Assembly: GCA_043776635.1 (NCBI GenBank)
Contig: JAYVRA010000051.1
Span: forward strand, 406-64,405
Reading direction: 5' to 3'
DNA: 64,000 nucleotides
Source of the DNA: Phyllobacteriaceae bacterium
GTDB lineage: Bacteria; Pseudomonadota; Alphaproteobacteria; Rhizobiales; Rhizobiaceae
The notes beneath the pieces are model-generated. The model saw only the letters and a list, made by a program, of their open reading frames with translations, made no database searches and was not told where the DNA came from. The position numbers and the translations under genes are program-made. Below, piece after piece: positions 47,842-55,744 of the stretch; positions within the stretch are counted from its first letter, which is position 1; the number at the start of each line of letters is the position of its first letter.

Positions 47842-48500
47842 GCGCAGTTTCTAAAGTTACAAATACAGGGCCGCCGGTACAAACCATCGCCGGTCTTTGC
47901 GATTTGGTGCTTAAAAACGCAACAAATTCAAGCCGTTATATGGTGGCCGTTGCCGGACCTCCGGCTAGTGGCAAGTCCACAATTGCCGAACATTTGGTCG
48001 AGGCCTTAAGGGAAAAGGGCGAACGCGCGATCGTCGTTCCGATGGATGGGTTTCACTATGATGATATCGTCCTGAACCGCTTAGGGCTGCGCTCCCGCAA
48101 AGGCTCGCCTTCGACATATGATTGCGCGGGCTTTGCAGCACTGCTGAAGCGTCTCAAAGCCTTAGAGAATAATGTCGCGATTCCAGTTTTTGACCGTTCG
48201 CTTGAATTATCGCGGGCGGCGGCGGCAGTCATTTCGGCCGACTTTAAATTCCTCATCATCGAGGGGAACTATCTGCTTCTCAGCGAAAAACCATGGAGTG
48301 ATTTGCGCCCGTTTTTTGACCTTACAGTCTCAGTCGATGTTGAGCTTCAAGTGCTCCAAGACCGTCTGTCCGCGCGTTGGAAACAGTATGGAAAGAGTGT
48401 GGAAGAGGCACGAAATTGGATCGATAGTAACGATATGCCTAACATTCGCCATGTGCTTGAACACAATGTAGCTGCGGATATACATTTCACAAATAACTGA
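47838..48500 (+). CDS. frcK: P-loop nucleoside/sugar kinase family protein (FrcK-like)
   Basis: 220 aa, VAVAGPPASGKST P-loop, PRK/uridine-kinase-like. Follows frcA with a 4-nt overlap, as in the rhizobial frcBCAK locus. Confidence 0.7.
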   Translation: MSAVSKVTNTGPPVQTIAGLCDLVLKNATNSSRYMVAVAGPPASGKSTIAEHLVEALREKGERAIVVPMDGFHYDDIVLNRLGLRSRKGSPSTYDCAGFAALLKRLKALENNVAIPVFDRSLELSRAAAAVISADFKFLIIEGNYLLLSEKPWSDLRPFFDLTVSVDVELQVLQDRLSARWKQYGKSVEEARNWIDSNDMPNIRHVLEHNVAADIHFTNN

Positions 48501-48556
48501 TTCGTCTCCCTCCTAAATCGCACCTCCCGGCACTCTGTTTCATAGTGGAAATCTAA

Positions 48557-49444
48557 ATGCACCCCGGTGTTCTGCTGGCGCTTCTTGCCTATTTTGTTTT
48601 TTGCATTTGCGATTCGCTTATTAAAAGCATCGGTCCCGATACCGGCGTTTTTCAAACCGGATTTTTCGTCACGCTGTTTTCATTTATACCTGTCCTGGCA
48701 TTCACGCTGCGCCATGATCCCTTGTCGGCGATGTTCAAAATGAACCAGCCGTGGCTGGTGGCAGGCCGTGCCGCGTCTGGCATCGCGGCGGGCATGTTTG
48801 CGTTCTATACGTTCACGCATTTGCCATTTGCGGAATCCTACGCTCTGATATTTTTAGCGCCTGTCTTTGTGACCATCCTCTCGATATTCTTTTTGGGAGA
48901 GCAAGTCCGCGCGTGGCGCTGGAGCGCGGTGGTGCTTGGGCTTATCGGTGTGTGGGTCATCGTGCGCCCGGGCTTCCGTGAAATCCAAACCGGACACTTA
49001 ACCGCCATTGTGGCCGCCATGATGAGCGCCACGACTTTCGTCTTCTTACGCAAACTCGGCCAGACCGAGCGCCGCATCACGCTGATTGGTGTCTTGCTGG
49101 TTGCATCTGTCACCATAAACGGGTTGTTGATGATACCGGAATTCAAGATGCCCGATGGACTGGAATTTGCAAAATATGTCGGTGCAGGCATTTTCGCAGG
49201 CCTCGGTCACACAACGCTTCTAGCCGCTGCGCGCACCACGCCCGCCAATCTCATCGCTCCAGCGAACTACAGCCAAATCATCTGGGCAGTCATTATCGGA
49301 TTGCTGTTCTTCAATGAAGTGCCTGACCGCTGGACCATCACCGGCATCGTGTTGGTGTGTCTGTCCGGCGTTATGACGCTCATCCGCGACGAAATGCGTT
49401 CCGGCTGGTTGACGAGAACTCATGTGGTAAAGAAGTTTCCATAG
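48557..49444 (+). CDS. DMT superfamily (EamA) transporter
   Basis: 295 aa, ~10 TM segments arranged as two EamA-like halves. Confidence 0.8.
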   Translation: MHPGVLLALLAYFVFCICDSLIKSIGPDTGVFQTGFFVTLFSFIPVLAFTLRHDPLSAMFKMNQPWLVAGRAASGIAAGMFAFYTFTHLPFAESYALIFLAPVFVTILSIFFLGEQVRAWRWSAVVLGLIGVWVIVRPGFREIQTGHLTAIVAAMMSATTFVFLRKLGQTERRITLIGVLLVASVTINGLLMIPEFKMPDGLEFAKYVGAGIFAGLGHTTLLAAARTTPANLIAPANYSQIIWAVIIGLLFFNEVPDRWTITGIVLVCLSGVMTLIRDEMRSGWLTRTHVVKKFP

Positions 49445-49466
49445 CTAAGATATTAGTGATGTCTCT

Positions 49467-50261
49467 TCAAATATAAAGCGGTGAGATCGTTTTGAAAAAG
49501 TAATATCCTGTTTCCCGCCGGTTTTCGGCAATGTCGCTTGCAAACAGGTCGAGGTAAGTCAAACACCAGCGCCGCACATTAGTGGCAATGAAATGATGAA
49601 ACTCCACTGAGCTCTCATCATGATCAAATGCCTCCAACGCGTTATAATAGGCAAGACGGCTGGTGTTTTCAGAAGCTATAATTGTAACCGGATAGCCCGC
49701 TCTCATAAGCATGAGATTCATTGTTAATCTTGCTGTGCGGCCGTTACCATCAATGAACGGGTGAATTTTGACTAGTTTAGCGTGCATAATTGACGCCAAT
49801 AATACCGGGTGCAGTCTGTCCTTTTCCAAATCATAAAACGCAAAATAGTCGTTCATGAGCGCCGGAACTTTTACCGGATTTGGGAAAAAATGGTCGCTGC
49901 CTTTAATGCGTACACGCACCGAACGGTACATACCCGCATTATCATGGTCGATGCCGCGAAGAATGAGAGCATGGATATTTAAAAGCTCGCGCTCAATAAA
50001 AGGCACCGCTTTGGAAATCAGCGCACGGATTTGAGCAATTGCTTGCTGATGATTGATCGCTTCCAAATGATCCTTTAGTGGCTTCCCGCCAATTGTCATG
50101 CCTTGGTTAACCACAAGGTCTGTCTCTTGGTAGGAAAGCGTGTTGCCTTCGATACGGTTCGATTCGTAAGTATACTCCGTATCGAATTGCTCTTGAAGAA
50201 CTCGCATATGTCCAGCGCTAAACGGTCGGAAACTTGACACGCATTTTTCCAATTCATTCAA
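49467..50261 (-). CDS. Fic family protein (class II, intramolecular inhibitory motif)
   Basis: Fic active site HPFIDGNGRTARL. N-terminal SNRIEGN (S-x-x-x-E-G inhibitory helix). TTG start in the ORF track. The frame is open upstream only to 50312. See finding on a possible split N-terminus. Confidence 0.85.
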   Translation of the reverse strand: MNELEKCVSSFRPFSAGHMRVLQEQFDTEYTYESNRIEGNTLSYQETDLVVNQGMTIGGKPLKDHLEAINHQQAIAQIRALISKAVPFIERELLNIHALILRGIDHDNAGMYRSVRVRIKGSDHFFPNPVKVPALMNDYFAFYDLEKDRLHPVLLASIMHAKLVKIHPFIDGNGRTARLTMNLMLMRAGYPVTIIASENTSRLAYYNALEAFDHDESSVEFHHFIATNVRRWCLTYLDLFASDIAENRRETGYYFFKTISPLYI

Positions 50262-50486
50262 TTGGATAAGCAGTTCATCCAGCGTGGCGGGCAGGGAAAT
50301 AGCGTGGCAACGTTAACATTTGACTGTTCGGCAAACTCCACACGCCATGCATCCAGCTGCGCCTTTTGAGCCGCGCTCAACATAGAGGGTGAAAGATGTG
50401 CCGTATCAATCATAAGCGAAGAGTGTCTCAGAAATTGCGTTCAAACAATTGTCTAATGCATTTATACCGGAAAAGTAACCGGTTAC

Positions 50487-50822
50487 TCAAGCCGCCGTGC
50501 GTTGGTCGTTCCCGGTACCCGGAGCCAGCGTGATTTCCAGTCCGTCCAATTCCGGGGACATCAAAATCTGGCAGGATAACCGCGAATTCTCATGCACACT
50601 AAACGCGCTGTCGAGCATGTCATGCTCCTCGTCATTGGCGGGGTAGAGCTTGCTCAGCCATTCCGGATCGACATAAACATGGCATGTCGCACAAGCGCAG
50701 GCGCCGCCGCATTCGGCTTTGATGTTGATACCCCAGTCGCGGATGATTTCCATAACGCGCCAGCCTTCAACGCCTTCCAGCGTATGGCGCACACCTTCTT
50801 GGTCTGTGACGTGAATGAACAT
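50487..50822 (-). CDS. 2Fe-2S ferredoxin (adrenodoxin type)
   Basis: CGGACACATCHVYV...C cluster ligands. Start at ATG 50822 (MFIHVTDQEG...). Confidence 0.85.
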   Translation of the reverse strand: MFIHVTDQEGVRHTLEGVEGWRVMEIIRDWGINIKAECGGACACATCHVYVDPEWLSKLYPANDEEHDMLDSAFSVHENSRLSCQILMSPELDGLEITLAPGTGNDQRTAA

Positions 50823-50830
50823 TGCTGATC

Positions 50831-51343
50831 TCAAGAGTTTGCGGGAACACGACGCCACGAATAGCCCGCCGGTTTGGTGGCAGCGGCAGTGGCGGGCTGA
50901 TAATAAATCGGCACGGAAGTATCCACGTGCTCTTCCAGCCGCTTGATAGCGACACTGTTTTTAAGTTCGAGCGAGTTAAAACCATTGCGTAACAGCAGCG
51001 GAATTTGATCGACGAGCACATCGCCGACGGCGCGAACTTCACCGGCATAGCCATATCGACTGCGTAGAAGCGCTGCCTTGGAGTGCGAGCGACCGTCATT
51101 ATAGGCCGGGAAAGCGAGCGCAATGAGTGACACATGGGCAAGGTCGGGAACAATCTCATCGAGCTTTTCGCCTGGCAAAATCATCACACCAAGACGGTTT
51201 GCACCAGACTTGCGCTGTTCAAGCGACAAAGCCAAATAGGCAACCAGTGGCAGGATGACTTGACCGGAGCCATCGTCGCTTTCGCCATGATGCCAGCCGT
51301 CGCTCGCGAACGCGCCATCGCGCCAGTATTTGAGGTCAGCCAT
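50831..51343 (-). CDS. DUF934 protein (sulfite-reduction associated)
   Basis: 170 aa. The ...FPAYNDGRSHSKAALLR...GDVLVDQ pattern is typical of DUF934. Sits in the cys cluster. Confidence 0.75.
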   Translation of the reverse strand: MADLKYWRDGAFASDGWHHGESDDGSGQVILPLVAYLALSLEQRKSGANRLGVMILPGEKLDEIVPDLAHVSLIALAFPAYNDGRSHSKAALLRSRYGYAGEVRAVGDVLVDQIPLLLRNGFNSLELKNSVAIKRLEEHVDTSVPIYYQPATAAATKPAGYSWRRVPANS

Positions 51344-51356
51344 TTTTATATAGTCC

Positions 51357-52106
51357 TTACAATGTTTTTTCTGTCAGCGAGGCGTCTAGCCCGCCAAGAT
51401 GAATGCCGCACTCGACCTTGCCCTGCCCCTTCCAGCGCCCGCCGCGCTGGTCATCGGCCGATGATGGTTCAGTGCAAGGGGCACAGCCGATAGAATAATA
51501 GCCGTAAGGAATGAGCGGATGCTCAGGCAGAGCGTGGCTTTCCTGATAGGCGGCAATATCATCACCGGACCAACCGGCTAGCGGATTGATGCGGATACGG
51601 TTTCCCACCGCCTCGAAGAATGGCAGTGCAGCACGGGTGGAGGCCTGAAAGCGCTTGCGGCCCGTGAACCAGGCACCAAACGGCACTACGGCACGGGCCA
51701 TCGGCTCCACCTTGCGAATGGCGCAGCAGGCATCTGTGGATGATTTGTGTAAGTCACCCTGTGGATCATCAGTCGCCAGGGTTGATGGCAGCGGCTCGAT
51801 GTTGCGTAGGTCTGTGAGGTGAAAGAAGGCGGCCAACTGATCGCGGTAAGTTAGCGTTTCTTCAAAATGCTTGCCCGTATCCAAAAACAGGATTGGCGTG
51901 TTGGCGTCAACATGGGCAATCAAATTGAGCAAAACAGCCGAATCCGCACCGAACGACGACACCGCGCCGATATCGCCCGCAAAGCCTTCTTGGACGCTGT
52001 AGGCAATAATATCTTCAGCGCTGGCGCCGGCAAAGCGCAAGTTCAGCGCTGTCGCCAAGTCCTTGGCGCTATCGGGATTTGTTGCTTGTTGAGGCACGGT
52101 TTGCAT
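51357..52106 (-). CDS. cysH: Phosphoadenosine phosphosulfate (PAPS/APS) reductase
   Basis: 249 aa. PP-loop-like SFGADSAVLL and C-terminal ECGIH. Confidence 0.9.
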   Translation of the reverse strand: MQTVPQQATNPDSAKDLATALNLRFAGASAEDIIAYSVQEGFAGDIGAVSSFGADSAVLLNLIAHVDANTPILFLDTGKHFEETLTYRDQLAAFFHLTDLRNIEPLPSTLATDDPQGDLHKSSTDACCAIRKVEPMARAVVPFGAWFTGRKRFQASTRAALPFFEAVGNRIRINPLAGWSGDDIAAYQESHALPEHPLIPYGYYSIGCAPCTEPSSADDQRGGRWKGQGKVECGIHLGGLDASLTEKTL

Positions 52107-52110
52107 GATG

Positions 52111-53799
52111 CTACACCGAAGAATTCGTGCGTGAGGTGGCTACAGACTCAACGTAAAGCGCATTCTTGAATGGCTCTGCGCCAAGGCGACGGTAAGCGGT
52201 CAGGAAGTTCTCATCGGGTGACAGGCGGTTGCCCATATATGTCTCCACCACCAACTCAATCGCGTCGGTAATTTCATCCGCCCCAAAGCCGCGACCGACG
52301 ATTTCACCAATCGTTGTGTTTTCATCCGCCGAGCCGCCAAGCGTGATTTGATAGAGCTCTTCGCCCTTCTTCTCGACACCTAAAATGCCGATGTGACCAA
52401 CATGATGATGGCCGCAGGCATTGATGCAGCCGGAAATTTTGATCTTGAGGTCGCCGATGTCCTGCTGGCGCTTTTGGTCGGCGAAACGCTCAGAAATTTT
52501 CTGCGCCACAGGAATAGAGCGTGCCGTTGCCAGCGCGCAATAGTCGAGACCGGGGCAGGCTATGATATCTGTAATGAGACCGGCATTGGCTGTTGCCAAA
52601 TCTGCCGGAACCAAAACATCATAAACCGTCTTCAAATCCGCCAGCGCGACATGCGGCAGAATGATGTTTTGCTCATGGCTGACACGCAATTCACCGGAAG
52701 AATATGTATCGCCAAGATCGGCCATCAAATCCATCTGATCGGCGGAGGCGTCGCCGGGAATACCGCCGATTGGTTTCAGCGAAATGGTTACGGCGCGGTA
52801 GTCCGGATTTTTGTGGGCAATGGTGTTTTGTTGCACCCATGCAGCAAAGCCTTCGTCAGACTTGCGCTGCGCAGCCAACAGGCCGTGGCCTTCAGCGCGT
52901 TCCGGCAAAGTTGGCATGGCAAAATAGGATTCGATGGCGCGGATGTCTGCTTCCGGCAAGGTCAGTTCTTGGCCTTTCAGATTGGCAAACTCGGCCTCGA
53001 CAGCAGCCCGCAATTCTTCGGTGCCCATTTCGTGGACCAGAATTTTGATGCGGGCCTTATATTTGTTGTCGCGGCGGCCTTCCAGATTGTAGACCCGCAA
53101 GATTGCCGTGCAGTATGACAGCAAATCTTTTTCCGGCAGAAAATCACGGATTTTCTTGGCAACCATCGGCGTGCGGCCTTGACCGCCCCCAACATAAACC
53201 ACGAAGCCGATCTCGTCTTGTTCATTGCGCACAACTTGCAAGCCAATGTCATGCACTTGGATGGCAGCGCGGTCGTGCGGCGCGCCGGTTACGGCAATTT
53301 TGAACTTGCGTGGCAGATAAGAAAATTCCGGATGGATGGACGACCATTGGCGCAAAATTTCAGATGCGGGGCGCGGGTCCATAACCTCGTCTGCCGCAAC
53401 ACCGGCAAAATGATCTGCCGTGACATTGCGGATGCAATTGCCGGAGGTTTGCAGGGCATGCATTTCAACGCTTGCCAATTCATCAAGAACCGCCGGCATG
53501 TCGGAAAGCGCGGGCCAGTTATACTGAATGTTCTGGCGCGTGGTGAAGTGGCCATAGCCGCGATCATAGGCGCGGGCGATGTGCGCGAGCTTATGCATCT
53601 GGCGACCGGACAAGGTGCCGTAAGGAATGGCGACGCGTAGCATATAGGCATGAAGCTGCAAATAAACCCCGTTCATCAAGCGCAGCGGGCGGAACTGCTC
53701 CTCGGTAATTTCACCGGAAAGGCGGCGCGTCACCTGATCTTTGAACTCGGCAACACGGGCATTTACAAACGCTTGGTCAAACTCGTCGTAGCGATACAT
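52111..53799 (-). CDS. cysI: Sulfite reductase hemoprotein (siroheme/4Fe-4S)
   Basis: 562 aa. Cluster ligands in ACPGLDYC and SGCINACGHH. Two NiR/SiR repeats. Confidence 0.9.
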   Translation of the reverse strand: MYRYDEFDQAFVNARVAEFKDQVTRRLSGEITEEQFRPLRLMNGVYLQLHAYMLRVAIPYGTLSGRQMHKLAHIARAYDRGYGHFTTRQNIQYNWPALSDMPAVLDELASVEMHALQTSGNCIRNVTADHFAGVAADEVMDPRPASEILRQWSSIHPEFSYLPRKFKIAVTGAPHDRAAIQVHDIGLQVVRNEQDEIGFVVYVGGGQGRTPMVAKKIRDFLPEKDLLSYCTAILRVYNLEGRRDNKYKARIKILVHEMGTEELRAAVEAEFANLKGQELTLPEADIRAIESYFAMPTLPERAEGHGLLAAQRKSDEGFAAWVQQNTIAHKNPDYRAVTISLKPIGGIPGDASADQMDLMADLGDTYSSGELRVSHEQNIILPHVALADLKTVYDVLVPADLATANAGLITDIIACPGLDYCALATARSIPVAQKISERFADQKRQQDIGDLKIKISGCINACGHHHVGHIGILGVEKKGEELYQITLGGSADENTTIGEIVGRGFGADEITDAIELVVETYMGNRLSPDENFLTAYRRLGAEPFKNALYVESVATSRTNSSV

Positions 53800-53808
53800 T
53801 TGTGATCC

Positions 53809-54090
53809 TTAAACTGCCGGTTTGCCGACATAATCAATTGTTGGGCCGTCGGCGCGGATGCGCTCACGAAGGCGGACAGGGTGCGGCTTGCCTTGATTGT
53901 CCACCACATCGATGAGGTTGACATCAACCACTTCATTATTGGCATAGGCCAGCGCACCAATCGTGGCCAAGCGGCTTTCGGCATCGGCATCGCGGGCCAC
54001 TTCCACGCTTGCAAACTCAGCTCTCCAGCCTTCCTGCGAATACCAAACAGCTTCGCCATCGGTAAGGCGGTTGGCAGTTAGAACCTTCAT
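53809..54090 (-). CDS. DUF2849 protein
   Basis: 93 aa, MKVLTANRLTDGEAVW... pattern. Conserved between cysG and cysI in alphaproteobacteria. 4-nt overlap with cysG. Confidence 0.75.
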   Translation of the reverse strand: MKVLTANRLTDGEAVWYSQEGWRAEFASVEVARDADAESRLATIGALAYANNEVVDVNLIDVVDNQGKPHPVRLRERIRADGPTIDYVGKPAV

Positions 54091-55547
54091 TGTGTGAACT
54101 CCGTAGCCGTATCGTGTGCGGCCTCAATCTGTGCCGCGCTTTTATATTGTGCCAGCGCGGTAGCGCGTGAAAGGTCAGCGCCAGCGACAGCCTCGCCAAT
54201 AATGACCATGACAGGGCCGGTCAATTCATTCATGCCGGCCAGACTTGGCAGATCACTCAATGTGCCATGAAACATCCGTGCATCCGTGCGGCTGGCATTT
54301 TCGACAGCGGCAACCGGAGTATCGCAGTTCAGACCGGCATCAATAAGATTTTGCGCAACAGTAGCGGCGACCGAGCGGCCCATGTAGACGGCGACGGTTG
54401 CGCCATCGATAGCAAGCCGCGCCCAGTCCGGCAGGGCATCGCCCTGCAAATCATGGCCCGTGGTGAACACCAGCGACGAGGCAACACCGCGCAATGTCAG
54501 CGGCAAAGCCAGATCAGCAGCGGCGGCAAAGGCTGACGTTACGCCGGGCACAACATCATAGGAAATTGCAGCATTGCGCAACGCCGTCAGCTCTTCTGCC
54601 GCGCGGCCAAAAATCAGCGGATCGCCGGATTTCAGACGCACCACGCGCTTGCCATCCTTCGCCAGCGCAACCAGCAGCGCATCAATTTCTTTTTGGCTCT
54701 TGGAATGGCAACCTTTGCGCTTGCCAACTGAATAACGCTCCGCATCACGGCGGCCCATGGCCACGACGGATTCGGGCACCAGCGCGTCATAGACGATCGC
54801 ATCGGCCTCCATCATCAGGCGTTGCGCACGAAGGGTAAGCAAATCTTCAGCGCCCGGACCCGCACCAACCAGCGACACATGGCCGGCATCAACGCCGCCC
54901 GTACGCAAGAGTTTCGTGGCAGCACGTCGGGCAGATTTTAGATCGCCCTCTTCGGCAAAACGCGAAGGCGAGCCTTGGAAAAAATTCTTCCAGAACGAGC
55001 GGCGGGAAATGCCCTTTGGCAGCAATACTTCCACCGCGTGGCGATAAGACTGCGCCAACCGTGCAACGCGGCCAAGGTTCAGCGGCAACATCTGATCGAT
55101 ACGGGCGCGGATCATTTGCGCTAAAACCGGGCCTGCACCTTCCGTACCGATGGCGACCGCCACGGGCGCACGGCAAACCAGCGCAGGTGTGAAGAAATCA
55201 CATTGGTCCGGCTGGTCCACGGCATTGGCGGGAATCTTGAGCAATCGCGCGGCATCGACAATGGCGCGGTCCTGCGCCTGATCGCCGGTCGCGCCGAACA
55301 CCAGGCACGCACCGTCTAAAAACTTTGCATCAAACACGGCATGTATATGCTCAACGCCTTGCCCATCTACAAATGCTAAAAGCCCGTCGGATGGTTCGTC
55401 GCAAACGAGGCGTATGGTGACAGACGTTTCGCTCAAAAGGCGGCATTTTGCCAGCGCTTCTTCGCCATTGCCCACGACCACAGCGAAACGCCCGGCAACC
55501 TTAAAGAATGCAGGAAACGATGAAAGCTTGTGGGTCTTTTCGGTCAT
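54087..55547 (-). CDS. cysG: Siroheme synthase (precorrin-2 dehydrogenase/ferrochelatase + uroporphyrinogen-III C-methyltransferase)
   Basis: 486 aa. N-terminal Rossmann domain (VVVGNGEEA) and C-terminal SUMT motif VSLVGAGPGAEDLLTLRA. Confidence 0.9.
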   Translation of the reverse strand: MTEKTHKLSSFPAFFKVAGRFAVVVGNGEEALAKCRLLSETSVTIRLVCDEPSDGLLAFVDGQGVEHIHAVFDAKFLDGACLVFGATGDQAQDRAIVDAARLLKIPANAVDQPDQCDFFTPALVCRAPVAVAIGTEGAGPVLAQMIRARIDQMLPLNLGRVARLAQSYRHAVEVLLPKGISRRSFWKNFFQGSPSRFAEEGDLKSARRAATKLLRTGGVDAGHVSLVGAGPGAEDLLTLRAQRLMMEADAIVYDALVPESVVAMGRRDAERYSVGKRKGCHSKSQKEIDALLVALAKDGKRVVRLKSGDPLIFGRAAEELTALRNAAISYDVVPGVTSAFAAAADLALPLTLRGVASSLVFTTGHDLQGDALPDWARLAIDGATVAVYMGRSVAATVAQNLIDAGLNCDTPVAAVENASRTDARMFHGTLSDLPSLAGMNELTGPVMVIIGEAVAGADLSRATALAQYKSAAQIEAAHDTATEFTQ

Positions 55548-55744
55548 GTGAAAAACCTTTTGTGCAGTGCAACTATAATCTCGTCCTTTTATGTCAAAAA
55601 CATAAGAAATTGTCTCGCAAAGAATCGGCGCGGCTGGATTTCATTTTCTGTAAAAACTGAAAATATCGAAAAACTGTTCCAGATTTCTGGAATATCCGGA
55701 TTTATGTTGCAAAGTCGTTAGCGCTGACCATGATGCATCAAAGG

